Origin: the human T2T-CHM13v2.0 reference genome, Homo sapiens | Strand: one strand, 5' to 3' | Assembly (NCBI RefSeq): GCF_009914755.1 | Contig: NC_060932.1 | Length of the DNA stretch: 64,000 nt | Shown here: positions 43,001-58,270 of the stretch, one piece after another | How positions within the stretch are numbered: the first letter of the stretch is position 1 | Layout: each line of letters starts with the position of its first letter | The notes under the pieces: model-generated | Databases searched by the model: none | Told to the model about the DNA's origin: nothing | What the model saw: the letters and a program-made list of their open reading frames with translations, nothing else | Translations under genes and position numbers: made by a program

Positions 43001-43279
43001 TTTGTGCAAGTGTGCAAGGCATATTGGTAGACTGCAGTGTGGCTGGTGCTTATTCCATGAGGATGTGTTATTCAATCTGTTTAAATAGAGAATTATTAAG
43101 ACATGTTAGAAAAATTGTATTTTGAGAAAAACAATAATTTTTGAATGATGATGAAGGGCAAAGTGAAAAAAATTGCATATTCACACATATCTTGATTCAG
43201 TCTCCTTTCTTACCTGCAATACTGAATCAGCCATTTAATCAGTGTCCCATCTTCCCACCTCTAAGCTGCAGGCTCCCAC

Positions 43280-43570
43280 CCCATCTAACCTCCAAACTCG
43301 TCAGAGTTACTCTCCTTAAATAAAAGTCTGATTATGTCACTCATTTGCTGAAAACCCTTCAGAGGTTCCCATCACCTAAAGGATAAAGAACAAAATCCTT
43401 AATCAAGCAGCAGAATCCCTCTTGGAACTAGTACCAGATGACCTTTTCTATTTTATTTCTTGCTGCTTTTCATCTCGTACACACTTGAGCATTAGCTGTA
43501 TCAAACCTCTTTAGTTCTGTAAACTCACCATTCTCCATCATACCAGGCCACCGAACATGTGCTGGCTCAT
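43280..43570 (+). mobile_element. L2 fragment
   Basis: aaagtctgattatgtcactcatttgctgaaaacccttcagaggttcccatcacctaaaggataaa. Confidence 0.75.
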
Positions 43571-43616
43571 TTATCCATAACAATCATTATAATTCTCTTC
43601 ATTCCATATATATGCA

Positions 43617-43645
43617 TGTGTGGTGTGTGTGTGTGTGTGTGTGTG
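43617..43645. repeat. (TG)n microsatellite, followed by a MIR fragment (~43680-43750)
   Basis: Visible tract, then ccccattctacagataagaaactgaggct. Confidence 0.8.
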
Positions 43646-43764
43646 CACGTATGCATTCCACTGCTGTGGATTCTGTTATAAACATCCCCATTCTACAGAT
43701 AAGAAACTGAGGCTGAGTAGTTAAGGGAAACTTTTATAGCTAGTAAGAGTCGTAGGTGTAATTA

Positions 43765-43915
43765 AACGTCAACCAGCCATTGTCCCATAACTTCCCCAAA
43801 TGCTCCTATAGGTAATGTCACTATTGTAGAACTCAAGATGATTCTGTTGAGATGTTTTCCAGACTTTCGCATTCTGGCAACCAATTGACTCCACACGGAT
43901 CCATGAGCATAATCA
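43765..43915 (+). mobile_element. MER50-like LTR internal fragment
   Basis: tcactattgtagaactcaagatg...gagatgttttccagactttcgcattctg is similar to the reverse complement of 27560-27645. Confidence 0.55.
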
Positions 43916-43929
43916 GGGCATTCGTCTTT

Positions 43930-44960
<1,031 letters not shown>

Positions 44961-45497
44961 TGTATCAGAGAACTCTTGCACACTGCTTCAGATCTTCCCA
45001 GGCACAACTTTCTTTGGCCCCTTGTCCATTCATTTTGTTCCAGTCACAATATGACAACTTCTTGCTTCATGCCACTGTCACATGCCTCTTTCCTCTTGCT
45101 CCAGAGATTTTTGTTGTCTTGATGCATTAAGTGCTACATAACCTGTTCAACACCCATTTCCATATATGTTGGAAGTGGATGAGGATTAATGTTCCACAGA
45201 GAATACTTTGTCTAATGAGAGTTGAGAGCCAGTAGATGTATTATTCTCCCTTCTGTCATTGGTATGGACCTCATTATAATGCAATATGGTCTCTCAAATG
45301 ACAACTCTATGCAGAAAAGCAATCAATTATAGTAACCAGCTCATGATCTACCAGCCATATTGACTTTCCTGCCTTTCCTATTTCAAAAGCCTCCTCCTTC
45401 ATTCATTGGTTCTCTGGAATTACACTTATTGATAAAGTAGGGATGCATGATTTCTTTTTCATCTAGTTTTGCCTGCTGGAGAAACCTGGCTAAGATA
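44961..45497 (+). mobile_element. LTR16-like ERVL 3' LTR
   Basis: tgtatcagagaactcttg ... ctggagaaacctggctaagata termini, following a purine-rich stretch. Confidence 0.6.
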
Positions 45498-45544
45498 TCA
45501 TATAAGGGCAAGTATGTGTTTGCTTTTATTTTATTGCCTTTTAG

Positions 45545-46300
45545 TCTGTATTTAAATGCATACCTATTAGGTGCCAACCATTGTTAGGCACTTAGACTAT
45601 GAAGACATAAAGACATGATCCTTGCTTTAAAGGACTTACAATTAAGTGGGGGAAAAAGAATGACAGAAAGTAAATGGAAGTAAGTGCAAGGAAGAGAGGA
45701 GATACAAAGTAGGGAATATCTAAATTTGCCTGATAGTCAGTGAAGATTTAAAGGTAAGGTCAAACAGCAGGTGAAATGTAAGAATGACTAGCATGTTTTC
45801 AAGCAGACAAAATGAAGTCCTTCCAGCCAGAGGGAGTAAGGGTACAAAGGCATAAATGCATACTAGAACATGAGACATTTGGGGAAATAGCCAGTAACTC
45901 AGAAAGACTTGGCTATGTGGAAGATAAAGGTGAGAACTGAGATAACACAAGAAGGAAGAGTTTTAGGTTATGCAGAGAAACATAAACATAAAGGCTCTAG
46001 GTAGCCAATAATAAATTTTAAGCAAGAGACCAACATAAACTGATTTTCTAGTAAGAAAGCACTCTTGGAAGGTAGTGAGAAGGATATATTGGGAGTGGGA
46101 GGCAATTGCAATAATCTAGCTAAGAGATTAGGAAAGCATGTAGTAGGCAGTGGCAATGTGAATAAGGATGAACGAACATGTTGAAGAGACTTTCAAAAGG
46201 TAAACCCAATACTGCTTGCTAATTTATTAAATGATAGGAAAGAAGATAGGGGAGATAGAAGAGTCCAGGATGATTTCCCCTTTCTTAACATTAGTAATAC
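45545..46300 (-). mobile_element. L2 3' region; further L2 pieces at ~47030-47700, ~51200-51580 and ~57200-57500
   Basis: tatttaaatgcatacctattaggtgccaaccattgttaggcact...gacatgatccttgctttaaaggacttaca. Confidence 0.7.
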
Positions 46301-47729
46301 ACTGAGTTAGTGAATTCCACAAAAGTGCTACATTTTTGTAGCCTCAATAACTAGCAGCAGAGTGTCTGGTAGATAGATGATGCCTGTTAATATTTTTTTC
46401 TAAATTATCTTAATTTCCCTAGTACTCTTCCCTACCCTACTAACCCTACATACTGATTGCTGCTGGAAAAGTCAGCATGAACTAATATTTTTTAAAGAAT
46501 CATTTATATATTTCTTTCCTAAATACAAATGATTTTAAAAATGTTCAGCAGTAAGTAAGTAAAATGCCTTGACTATACTCAGGCCTTGGAGCTAATGTAT
46601 TTCGTTTTCACATTTATGAGTTGGGTATTCAGCCATCTGGATTTTCCACGTGGATCCATTTGAGAAGGAAACTCCAATGGCTTATAATACTAAATTAGCT
46701 TGTTTCAAGGGCCAAGCAACAGATTTCCTTTTCCTTGTCTATCTTGACAGCTTTCTTCTTTGCATTTCATCTACGCACATATTTGGGTAGAAATGCGTTA
46801 TTCAGTGTGATTCCTGACAGCCATAATACTTAAGATTCGAAGTGTTTTGCCTCCTGAGAACTCAAGTCACATTTGTTAATTTTGATTTATAGCTAATGTT
46901 TGGTTCTCCACTCATGACTTTCACTTAACACACTTAATGAGCATCAGTTCTCACAGTGCCCCATATGTGGTCTGAGAATGTTATTTACAGCCTCTTGATG
47001 AGGGAAATGTCACAACAAGAGCTTAGATCTCAGCAGGCAGCAGGATAAGCTGGACTTGGGATGAGCTGGGTTCCGGGAACTTAATATATGCAATCCCGAT
47101 GAGTCATATGCTCAGATATGAACCTTGCTCTTAGCAATATGTACCTACCCAGCCAGTTAGGATTAATACATTATAATGACAACAATTCAAAAATCCAAAT
47201 GTCACAAGCAATCAAAGTACTATGTGATGGTCTCATAGACTGAGAAATCAAAAGGGCGTTTAAATTTAACAAGTAGGTCATAGGTGATTAAGACAGGCAT
47301 ATTTTCAATAGACTGCAGAGGAAGAAGCCTGATTTCAGTAGGTTGATTTTAAAATGAAAGTGAAAAATTGTGGGCAGATGTTGTAACTCCTCTTGCAGTC
47401 ATTGTAGTGATAAAGGAAATAAGAGATAAGACTATAGATTGATTGTGAGATAAGGAAACAATGGGGAAGCAGATTTTAATACTGTTTTTGTAATGAGGGG
47501 ATTCTTAATCCTATTTTTAGTTTTGAGGAAAAGAGTCAGTAAAGAAAGAAAGTTTGAAGAACTAAGAGAGAAGAGGTGTGAATAGTACTGGGGAAATGGG
47601 GAAAAATTAGTTAATGTGAAGAGAAGAGCCTGGTTACCTCAAATGCTGATGGCAGGACTTTGTCTTCTTAGATGATAAGTCACCAAGGACATAGTTGACT
47701 TCACACAGAGGATATTAAAAAGAAAAGCT

Positions 47730-48202
<473 letters not shown>

Positions 48203-48629
48203 TCAGGTGGTATAAGAATGGCTACAAGGATTTGGGAGATCAATCTAAGAGGAATTCAACTTGGGAATATATTTAGTTTGGGTTTTGTGGAATATATATG
48301 TGGTTTGTGGTCACTTTCACATCTTAATAGATGATTGACCATGATTTCAGTGTGGGACTATCTGGCAGGTATGGAATATCTTGGTAGGGGTGGAATACCC
48401 CTAGCACTCACGTGTCTAGTGACCTGAAGCAATGGGATAGAGGAGTAGGGCTACAAGTGTCCAGGTATGAAGTGTGATACTATCTTGCAGGTGTGGAACA
48501 CCTTAATAGGAGCAATAGTATAGAAGAGTAGGGCCACAGGCTCTCCAGGTGTGAAGGTACCAGTGCTTCTAGTACAAAATTACATGGGCAATGGAGGGGA
48601 AACAAGATATAAAATGCATGAACACAGAA

Positions 48630-49117
48630 GCCAGTCTTTGAGGAAATTCTCCAAACTTTGCTTATATATGAAATAAAACTTTACAAAGCCTCCAAAGTTG
48701 ACAAGTTTCTAAAATTTTATATGAATTTATCAATGAGTTGTAAAGCTGAAATAAACTTTTTAAAACAATTAATAATTAAAACAACTTTATTTTGTCATAG
48801 TTCAATTATCTTCTTCTCTAGAGAATATTATATTTAAAAATAATTCTAAAAAGGGGCTTCTAGAGAGTGTAGAAAAATCACATAGGATAAAAGTAGTTTA
48901 GAAGTGTCAGTAAATTAATAAAAATTATGCATTTTTTTCTGAAATTTCTGATGTTCTTTTTACCACATTTTAAGTATATAATTTATTGCAATAGCTTTCT
49001 CTTTATAAATATTTATTTTGGCACTCAACTTTTTATTAGCAATTTTATGCTCTTTTTCTCAAATAGGGTTCCCCACATTGCATAGATTTCAGGCCTCACA
49101 GAACCTGGATTCACTAT
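48630..49117 (+). mobile_element. Zaphod/MER115-like hAT-Tip100 3' end with a transposase dimerisation-domain remnant
   Basis: 48733 MSCKAEINFLKQLIIK resembles hAT SCEAERNFSKLSIIK. Terminus tttcaggcctcacagaacctggattcac. Confidence 0.65.
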
Positions 49118-49379
49118 GGCATGCAAGCTCAGCTCCTAGGAGTCGGGAGACCCAAAATTTGAGAACAGAAGGGATGAGAGACAGAAAGCCTGGCAGTTCA
49201 TTATAGGAAATGGAACCCTGACTTCATACATTTCCATACTCTCAGAATAGGAGGAGTGGGAGGAAAGAGTGTGTGTATGGCAGTGAGAGGTGGGGAGGGT
49301 TATATTTACAGAGCATTAGAGCTTTCCAGACACTGTGGTAGACTAATTCACTTAGTCCTCTCCATAAAAATACGATCTG

Positions 49380-49560
49380 ACCGTTATTTAGCACTCACCC
49401 ACTTACCATCTGGCAGGTACTATTCCAAGTATTTTACATCCATGACCTCATTCGAACCTCACAACAACCCTATGAGATAAGTACTATTATTCTTCCCATG
49501 TTATGATTAGGAAGAAGTCTAATTAGTAATAGAGCCATGATTCATACAGGGCTATTTGTT
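49380..49560 (-). mobile_element. MIR
   Basis: acttaccatctggcaggtactattccaagtattttaca...cctcacaacaaccctatgagataagtactattattc. Confidence 0.8.
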
Positions 49561-50758
49561 TTCAGAGCAGCAACATTAACCCCTACAGTATGCCTGCTCT
49601 ATAACAACATTAGTAAATCAGCTCTGTTGCTTCTCCATTAACTATAGAAACAAACACACTCTTAATAACTAAATAACTTGTTCAAAGTCTCACAGTTTGT
49701 GATAGACCTGAGATTTGGAGCTCTTCTGAGTGTTTTCAAAACCCATACACGTTTTTGCTGCACCAAACTGCCACTAATTAAGTCAAGTTACTATGTTGTG
49801 CACTCATCAAGAAACCTCCAAATTTGGGGAGGATGAGATATGCTCATGTTTCCAGTTTATTGAAATTTGAAAGTAATGAGTCCTCTTCTTGTCTAGTAGC
49901 CATTCCTCTGACTGTAGCTGGAGAGGAGGATGGGGAGAAAATTCTAATGCACTAGGTCTGTGCCCAATTGAGCAGTGGCTTTGGCAGGTCATAGCAGGCA
50001 AACTGGAGAAGCACTCTCAGGAGACATAATAGAAAAACAAACACTAGTTCAAGAAGGAGGAGTCAATACAGGCTACATCTTCATGCAGGTATAGTTTCAG
50101 ATATGTTAGGTGACCTTTTATTTAATTCATTGTCAGAAAATAGTGAAGAAAATAAATTATCGTCACCTTTATTTTCAAAATCACTTTGTGTTTGTTACAG
50201 AGAGGTCCTTCTCATTATGCTTGTCACCACAAATCACCTCATAAACTATTAAACATATATGACATGGCTGATGACTAAGTCACTTCTTCTTCCTTGAGAT
50301 TTCACCACATGGTACAGCTAGCACTGGCTACGGCAAATGGGAAAATATTTGAAAACAATATTCCTAATGAGTTATTAGTAAATTATATTTGTTGCTGTGG
50401 CTATATGTGCTTGGCATAAATTAACTAGATTGTAAATCACTTAGAAATTGCATTCTAGCTTAGGGAACAAACATTTATAAATGCAAATTTAGAACAAGCA
50501 TGAGTTCCCAGAACATGACCTAAGAAGTCAAACAAGTGGGATAACCAAAGGCAAGACTGAATCTAGACTTTAGATAGTGGACAGGGCTAGGCAGATAGTT
50601 CAAAAGGAGATTCAAAAGGAGAAGCAGCACAAAGCGAGACATATTCTCAAGAAAAGGGTAAAGTGAAAATCAGAATGGTAGGAAGAGGGAGGACTGAGAA
50701 GACTGAGATTTATTTTTATTGAAGAACTATGACAGATGATTTTTGATAGGTAGTTCAG

Positions 50759-51197
50759 TGTATTAGGGTTCTCTAGAGGGATAGAATAGGATAGATGTAT
50801 ATATGAAGGAGAGTTTATTAAGGGTATTAACTCACACAATCACAAGGTCCCACAATAGGCCGTCTGCAAACTGAGGAGCAAGGAAGCCAGCCTCTGTCCC
50901 AAAGCTGAAGAACTTGGAGTCTGATGTTCGAGGACAGGAAGCATCCAGCACAGGAGAATGATGTAGGCTGGGAGGCTAAGCCGGTCTAATCTTTTCATGT
51001 TCTTCTGCCTGTTTTTTATTCTGGCCTCGCTGGCAGCTGACTAGATTGTGCCCACCCAGATTAAGGGTGAGTCTGCCTTTCCCAGTCCACTGACTCAAAT
51101 GTTAATCTCCTTTGGCAAGACCCTTGCAGACACAACCAGGAACAATACTTTGCATCCTTCAATCCAATCAAGTTCACACTCAGTATTAACAATCATG
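50759..51197 (-). mobile_element. MLT2A1-like solo LTR (HERV-L)
   Basis: tgtattagggttctctagaggg...ccttcaatccaatcaagttcacactcagtattaacaatcatg. 5-bp TSD ttcag/gtcag. Confidence 0.9.
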
Positions 51198-51587
51198 GTC
51201 AGGTATAGATGTTGGAGCCCAAGTTGAGCAATCTGTACTTCAGAAAATGGAAAATTATCAAAAATTGAAAGAGATCAGTAGCAGGTGCATTTGACTGTTT
51301 TAGGGAGATTGATTAGGTGTCAATATGCAGACTTATTTGAAAAAACAAAGAGGCTCAGAAAAGAGATTGAGTTCAAAAAAATAACTATAGGATATTATTA
51401 AAACTTTCAGCAGGAGGTATTGAGACACCAAAGGAAGGTGAGAAGTACTGAAAGTCACGTTTTATAAAGAAACAAGGCTTGATGACATTGCAATATAACT
51501 GGTTGTGTGAGGAAGAAAGGGGAACACAATTACAAGTAGACATTGTAGGCAGGATATGGTGCAGTAGACAGAGGTCCTCCAAATACC

Positions 51588-51780
51588 AGGAAGGAAGAAA
51601 GGAAGGAAGGAAAGAAGGAAGGAAGGAAGGAAGGAAGGGAGGGAGGGAGGGAGAAAGGAAGGAAGGGAGGAAGGGAAGAGGGGGAAGTGAAGGAGGAAAG
51701 AGTGGGAGGGAAGGAGGAAGGGAGGGGGGAAAGAAAGAGAGAGAGAAGAAGGAGGGAGGAAGAGAGGAAGGCAGGCAGGC
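51588..51780 (+). repeat. (GGAA)n/GA-rich polypurine tract
   Basis: Directly visible. Confidence 0.95.
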
Positions 51781-51781
51781 C

Positions 51782-52416
51782 TGAGAGACCAAAATAGATA
51801 CTCTTTTATCAACTAAGATGGACCTTACCTTAATATTAAGGAACCAAGTTACCTATGGGTCAAGGGATCAGGGGCTAGGTGGCATGGCAAATTTCTAAAT
51901 TCCTACAGGCAAACTCCCGAAAATAGGCACTATCTACTCTGAGTTTCAACGCAGACCACTACTACTCTGATTGGACGGAGGACCAGACTTACAAACATTT
52001 TTTTCAGACACGCAATTACAGACTTTAAGCAGGTTTCAGTCAGTTTATAGAGGCTGTGCACAAACTGTCTTTGTGTCCTATAGTTCACCTTTTGCCATAA
52101 AGATCCAAAACCTAGCTCATTTTAATTCTAAAACCCCACCCTGAAGTGAACATTAGATGTATGTCACATACATGTTTACCCAATCTGCATGCACTTGGCT
52201 CCTGTCATAAATATGGATAGCTTTCCCCTAAAACCTGCTGAATATGTAAACCTGCTGGCTCTGTGAGGCATAAAACCCAATCTGTCCTCCCCTCTTCAAA
52301 GAGAAAGCACCTTCAACACATGCCCAGAGATTATCTCTTCCTGGTTTGTAAGTTAATATCACCAATAAAGTGCTCCTTTCTATTATTTAGCCATTCTGGT
52401 GGTCCTTTATAGGATG
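51782..52416 (+). mobile_element. ERV1 solo LTR (LTR36-like)
   Basis: tgagagaccaaaatagatactcttttatcaactaagatggacc start and an aataaa near 52364. The subfamily name is tentative. Confidence 0.65.
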
Positions 52417-52540
52417 GAAGAAAGAAGGAAGGAAGGAAGGAAGGAAGGAAGGAAGGAAGGAAGGAAGGAAAGGAGGAAGGAGGGAGGGAACAGAGGGAGG
52501 GAGGGACAGAGGAAGAGAGGGACAGAGGGAGGGAAGGAGG
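52416..52540 (+). repeat. GGAA microsatellite with 11 consecutive units (52427-52470)
   Basis: Counted directly. Confidence 0.95.
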
Positions 52541-53101
52541 GTAGTATAGAAAAAGAAAGTTACCTCCTGAGATGTAATGCAATGAATTTCAAGGTTCATG
52601 GGAGAGACTGATGCTGTATGGGCAAAAACCAAGAGTCTGTCTGTAAATGTGTAACCTGTGTGGTTTGGGACACTCAGGAAGTGAACATGTGTTCACTTCC
52701 TTTGCTCTGCATTTTGGCTCACTAATCAAATTTCTAATTATTTATTTGATTTCCCATAGAGATGACATCAGGAAAGTATTGGCTGGAAACTGTGAATACT
52801 ACAGGTTCTAGGAAGTACTATTCCTATTATAAAAAATTCTTTGGCATTCTTGTTTATACATATGTTCTCTGTAAATATGAGTTCAATGTGTTCAATTAAC
52901 TCTAGAGCTTGGCAAGACAGAAGTTCTGAGACCAGCTCTCCTCTGTGTCCAATTAGCCAAGGTGATGCTTCTTGTTAGGCTCTGTCTCTGTGCTAGTTAG
53001 AATAGCTTTGCAGTCTCCTAGTATGAAACACATCTAATAGCATTGTTCCCTTTACACTGCAATCCTCTGCAGAGAGGACACCATTTCTTTTCTCTCTAAG
53101 G

Positions 53102-53441
53102 CAGCAGTCCCCAGCATTTTTGGCACCAGGGACCAGTTTCATGGAAGACAATTTTTCTACAGAAGGGGCGGGGGGTGGGTGGTGGTTTGGGGATGAAGCT
53201 GTTCCTCCTCAGATCATCAGGCATTAGAATCTCATAAGGAGCATGCAACCTGGATCCCTTTCATGCACAGTTTAAAATAGGGTTTGTGCTTCTTTGAGAA
53301 TTTAATGCCTCCGCTGATCTGTAAGGAGGCAGAGCTCAAGCAGTAATGCTTGCTCACTCACAGCTTACCCCCTGCTGTGTGGCCTGGTTCCTAACAAGCC
53401 ACAGACCAGTACCAGTTGGCAGCTGGGGTTAGGGACCCCCG
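53102..53441 (+). mobile_element. MER1B hAT-Charlie MITE
   Basis: cagcagtccccagcatttttggcaccagggaccagtttcatggaagacaattttt ... ggttagggacccccg. 8-bp TSD ctctaag(g/a). Confidence 0.92.
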
Positions 53442-54776
53442 CTCTAAGATATAACTTTTCTATTTCATCCTTGAAGGCTCAGTGGAGAAATTGAGACTTC
53501 CAATAAATGAATTGATATAATTTGAACATTTTGAAGGTTGTGATAGAAAACATTATCCTGACGCATGCTCACTTTTTGATTGTGAAACTGTACTCATGAA
53601 TAGATATGACTTTTCAAAGTGAAGGTTCAAGAAAATAACCATAAAAATGTTCTACAGCTTCAGTTCACACAGACCCATGTGACCCATACTGAACCACAGC
53701 ATTTTCTTTGTCTTCTAATGTGTAAGACAACTGTGAGAACTAATTAAATGTGCTCCTGCGGATTTGAGTTTCCCCCAAGGAAGATGCTTGAATAAGGCAA
53801 ATATTATAAGAAGTAGTCGGTGATTATGGAGGTGTATTTAAATGACCCAGAGGTGTAGAAATTGAAGAAGCAAAATGAGTATACTATAGATTTTTATTTA
53901 ATGTGCAGCAGGTCATTAACCTATGATTACATCAAAGGCTAAACATTTTTTTAAAAACTTTTCTTTTCCTTTTTTTCCTTTTTCTTCCTTCCATTATTTT
54001 ACTTTCTCTCTGCTGGAACCTACAAAATACTGTTTTATCATGCCTATGTCTTGATTACATTTTAAAATAAGAATCAGGAATCCCATATGACCTATGAATG
54101 TAGAGAAGAGAAGAGAGAAATGAAAGGGTCAGGATGTATGTACATATTTGTGAGATTAAAAAGAAAACAGAACACTGTATCTTAGGAAAACAGGCAATAT
54201 CTCAAAAACCCAAACCCAGACGTAATCAGATTTCAATTCAATCTAGCATCTTTTCAAATACTTTGCATCTAATAACAGCAGAAATGGGAGTGCATTACAT
54301 CAAAATGACATATAGTAGAAGCTCACCCAGCTGGCAGACAGAGGATTCTAGTGCTTGGGATGGTGTTATTTAATGCATTCATGACTATTGCTTAAGCATG
54401 TTCAGAATTTTATAACAGAAGCATGAATAGTACTTACTGTATCTCAATACAGCCACATCTGCATACAAGGCATATGGAAAATGTATTCCCTCAAACACTT
54501 TACCACGAATTACCAGTGTTAATGAATATCCAGACATTATATTGGGAAAACAAATATTGGGAATGAAAGCAAAGGTGCAGTTGTTAGGAAGAAAGCTTTG
54601 TCCTCAGATTTATCAGTAAGGAATATTTCAAATGAGTTTTTATAGATTGCCATTTGATAACCTTATTATGAACTATGCTTTTAACATGGCCCCGTTATTC
54701 CCAGACGTCAAAGTGATACAACCACCAACCACCCTCTCCTAGGAAATGAGTTTTTGTGGATACTTTCTTCTTCCTC

Positions 54777-55190
<414 letters not shown>

Positions 55191-56469
55191 TAGGCCCTTT
55201 CAAAAAAGAGAACAGAGGAAATTGGGACTCAAGTGGGGGATGAATTCAAGAGAAAGCCAGGTGATCATTTACTCAACAGCAAAATGCCCAGATGTTTTCT
55301 AACGTAGATTATAAATGCAAATGCCACTTGCCTATACAAATGGCTATGGGGGTGCTGTACCCACCCCCTGGAATATGCAGAACGGTTTTCATTTCTCAGT
55401 TTTTCTTAGCTTCTGAATTTAGGAGGTTCCCTATTTTGTTATAAGTCTTTGTTTTATGGCAGCAATTTTCCTCTTTTTATAGCATTTTTATGACCCATGG
55501 AAAGGCCTCTTGGCACAATATCTGGCAATGTTTCACCTCAGATACTGTCACAAAAGAATTCACAGCAGTAGAGAGCAGAGCTTCATCAAGGAATCCAACC
55601 TGTACTTGCCCCAGGTGTGACAGACGTCAGCCCTCAGCTATCCCTACTTACCCTGTGATGAACTTGGTTCTACACAGTCTCCCAAACAAATGATGTGTAA
55701 GCCTGTACAGCTATCAGGGAAATCTTTCTCATCAGTGGGTGAGTCTAAGGCTTTAAACCTCTATCTCAGGGCACCCACATGAGAACCAAACTGCTGTGTT
55801 CAGTCCCCAGATTTCATTGTGACCTCAATCCATCTAATTTTTTCTCTGGTTTCAGTGGCAAATTCAGTTCCCTCCTGAGCCTAGAACCTTGCAGTACATT
55901 GTAGATCAGTTGGCTAGATAACTGAATTTCCTGCTCATTCCTTTTCACCTCATTCTTTTCAGTTTCCAGTGCCCCATATCTGGATCTGAGCCCCATGGTC
56001 TCAGATGCTGAATGGGGCCCTGTCTGAACTTCCCCAAATCTCCCCGAAATTCTGATGCTCATCCTTAAGACTACCTCTATACTCTTGAGGCTATCTATCC
56101 CCCTCTTTGAGTCAATCTTGATTTTCATCCCCTACTCCTCAGCCTCACCTCTTCTAACGACACCTACAGAGGTAGGATCAGATGACTCTGCCTGCCCTTG
56201 GACTGCTGATTTGAATTACTGGAACTTCTTTATGAGACAGGCAAGTACCCTTAATTTGGCATACCCCAAATATTACTTCCAAGAATGTACCGTATTTGCA
56301 AGTCCAGGCAGTTTGGAGGAAAACACAGAAACTCATTTTTAGGAGAGGAAGAAAGCTATAGAGAATGAAGTCCAAGACATCCCAAACAAGTGGGAAGCTG
56401 AAATAGGGGAAGTAATTCTGATTTCTTCATTTCATCCCATTACCTGGAAAAGTCTGAATAATGTTGGAA

Positions 56470-56590
56470 AGATAGAAAGAGAGAGAGGGAGGGAGGGGGA
56501 GAGAGAGAGAGAGAGTGAGAGGGGAAGGAAGGAAGGAAGGAAGGAAGGAAGGAAGGAAGGAAGGAAGGAAGGAAGAAAGGGAAGGAAAGA
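56470..56590 (+). repeat. (GA)n + GGAA microsatellite with 13 consecutive units (56523-56574)
   Basis: Counted directly. Confidence 0.95.
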
Positions 56591-56890
56591 GGCCAGGCTC
56601 AGTGGCTCATACCTGTAATCCTAGCAATTTTAGAGGCCGAGGAGGGTGGATCACCTGAGATCAGGAGTTCAAGACCAGCCCGACCAACATGTTGAAACTC
56701 ATTCTACTAAAAATACAAAAATTAGCCAGGTGTGGTGGTGGGCAGCTGTAATCCCAGCTACTCAAGAGGCTGAGGCAGGAGAATTGCTTGAACCAGGAGG
56801 CAGAGGTTTCAGTGAGCCAAGATGGTGTCACCGTGCTCCAGCCTGGGCAACAGAGCGAGACCCTGTCTCAAAAAAATAAAAATAAAATAA
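56591..56890 (+). mobile_element. AluS (Sx/Sz-like)
   Basis: Full dimeric Alu with an (AAAAT)n tail. Confidence 0.92.
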
Positions 56891-57859
56891 AATAAAAGAT
56901 AAAGAAAGATAGAAAAAAAAAGAAAAGAAAGAGAAAGAAAGCAAATGACTAAACCAATAAAGTGATGACAGTAAAACCTAGATATGAAGCCCTGTAGACA
57001 TGGAGACCTGAATTTTCTTTTCACTATTCCTCATTCCTATTTAGTTGGTTACATATTGGAAGATAGGATTGAAGTTCTTGCTTTTGAGCCTGATGCAGTC
57101 TGAATTAAAGTCAACTTGAGTAGCCCGGTAAGTCTAGCAAAAAGTAAGTCAACTTCTATTTTGAGGATACCAAGGATATTGTATTGTTTTTCCTTTTCCA
57201 GGTCCTTCCTCTGTAGCCCCAATACTATGCTTTAGTTATACCTAATCATTTCTCATGTGTTTCCTACACATCACCATACTATTTCATATTCCTGTGCTTT
57301 TTAAAAATAATGTTCTCTACTCCTGGAATTCCCTTTAGCTCTGTTTCTACACAGGGAGCACCTTTTGGTTTGTGAAAGCTAACATTATAAGTCACCTCCT
57401 CTCTGAAGCAATTTCCATGGCATCTGTTCTGTTGCTGTTAATGGGATAAATCATTTCTCCTCAGAATGTTGTACAAATCAGTATTATTTCACTGCTTGGT
57501 GGTGCTAGTGTCAGGAAGGGGTTAAATATACAAGTGAATAAGTAAAATCACATTATGATACTACAAATGGTAATCAATAATCATTATAGATTATGATGAT
57601 TGTAAACATGAACTACAAATATAGATAAAGCAGTGAATGACGAATCGTTTTCAAAAAGCAATATTCAATGAATGTTTTCCTGGCTATACTTTTATATGGT
57701 TTTTCCAAAGGCTCTTTCCATGCTTTATGTCCTTAACTTTTTTTTGTGATTGATGTCTTGAATGAGACAGGTGACATGAGTATTTTGATTCACCAAACCC
57801 AGCAGGAATGCTAACACAGTTGACAACAAAATGAAAATTCAGAAGTGTTTCAACAGCTA

Positions 57860-58270
57860 GATAGATGGACAAAATTTAGTAGAAGGGGTACTGAGTACTT
57901 ACACATTGTTGATGGCATTGTATATTTGTGAAACAGATTTTTTTGAAACTTGGAAATGTATGTCAAAAATATAAAATGAATGCATAACCTAAAAACAAAA
58001 CATTTCACATCTGGAAAGATTAACTAAGAAATAACTTGACGCGTCATGTAAGTCTTATATATATGGATGTTCGTGGTATTTGTAAAATGGTAGTAATGGG
58101 GATTTGACCCCATGTCAGTAATATATACATATATACCCATAAATAATATATGCCTTAATATACATGTTATAAACCATATTATAAAGCATATCATATGTTA
58201 TAAGATAAATAATATTGTGCAAAACTGTAAAACAAAAAGGAAAATGTTAGATTATCTGGACAATGTTATA
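57860..58270 (+). mobile_element. Ancient L1ME-like 3' fragment; another piece at ~58850-59000
   Basis: tacttacacattgttgatggcattgtatatttgtgaaac...catttcacatctggaaag. Confidence 0.5.

Noticed and set aside
51385-52632. Low-complexity ORFs (PSFL and EGRK repeats), also at 63470-63775
   Set aside because: They are translations of GGAA microsatellites.
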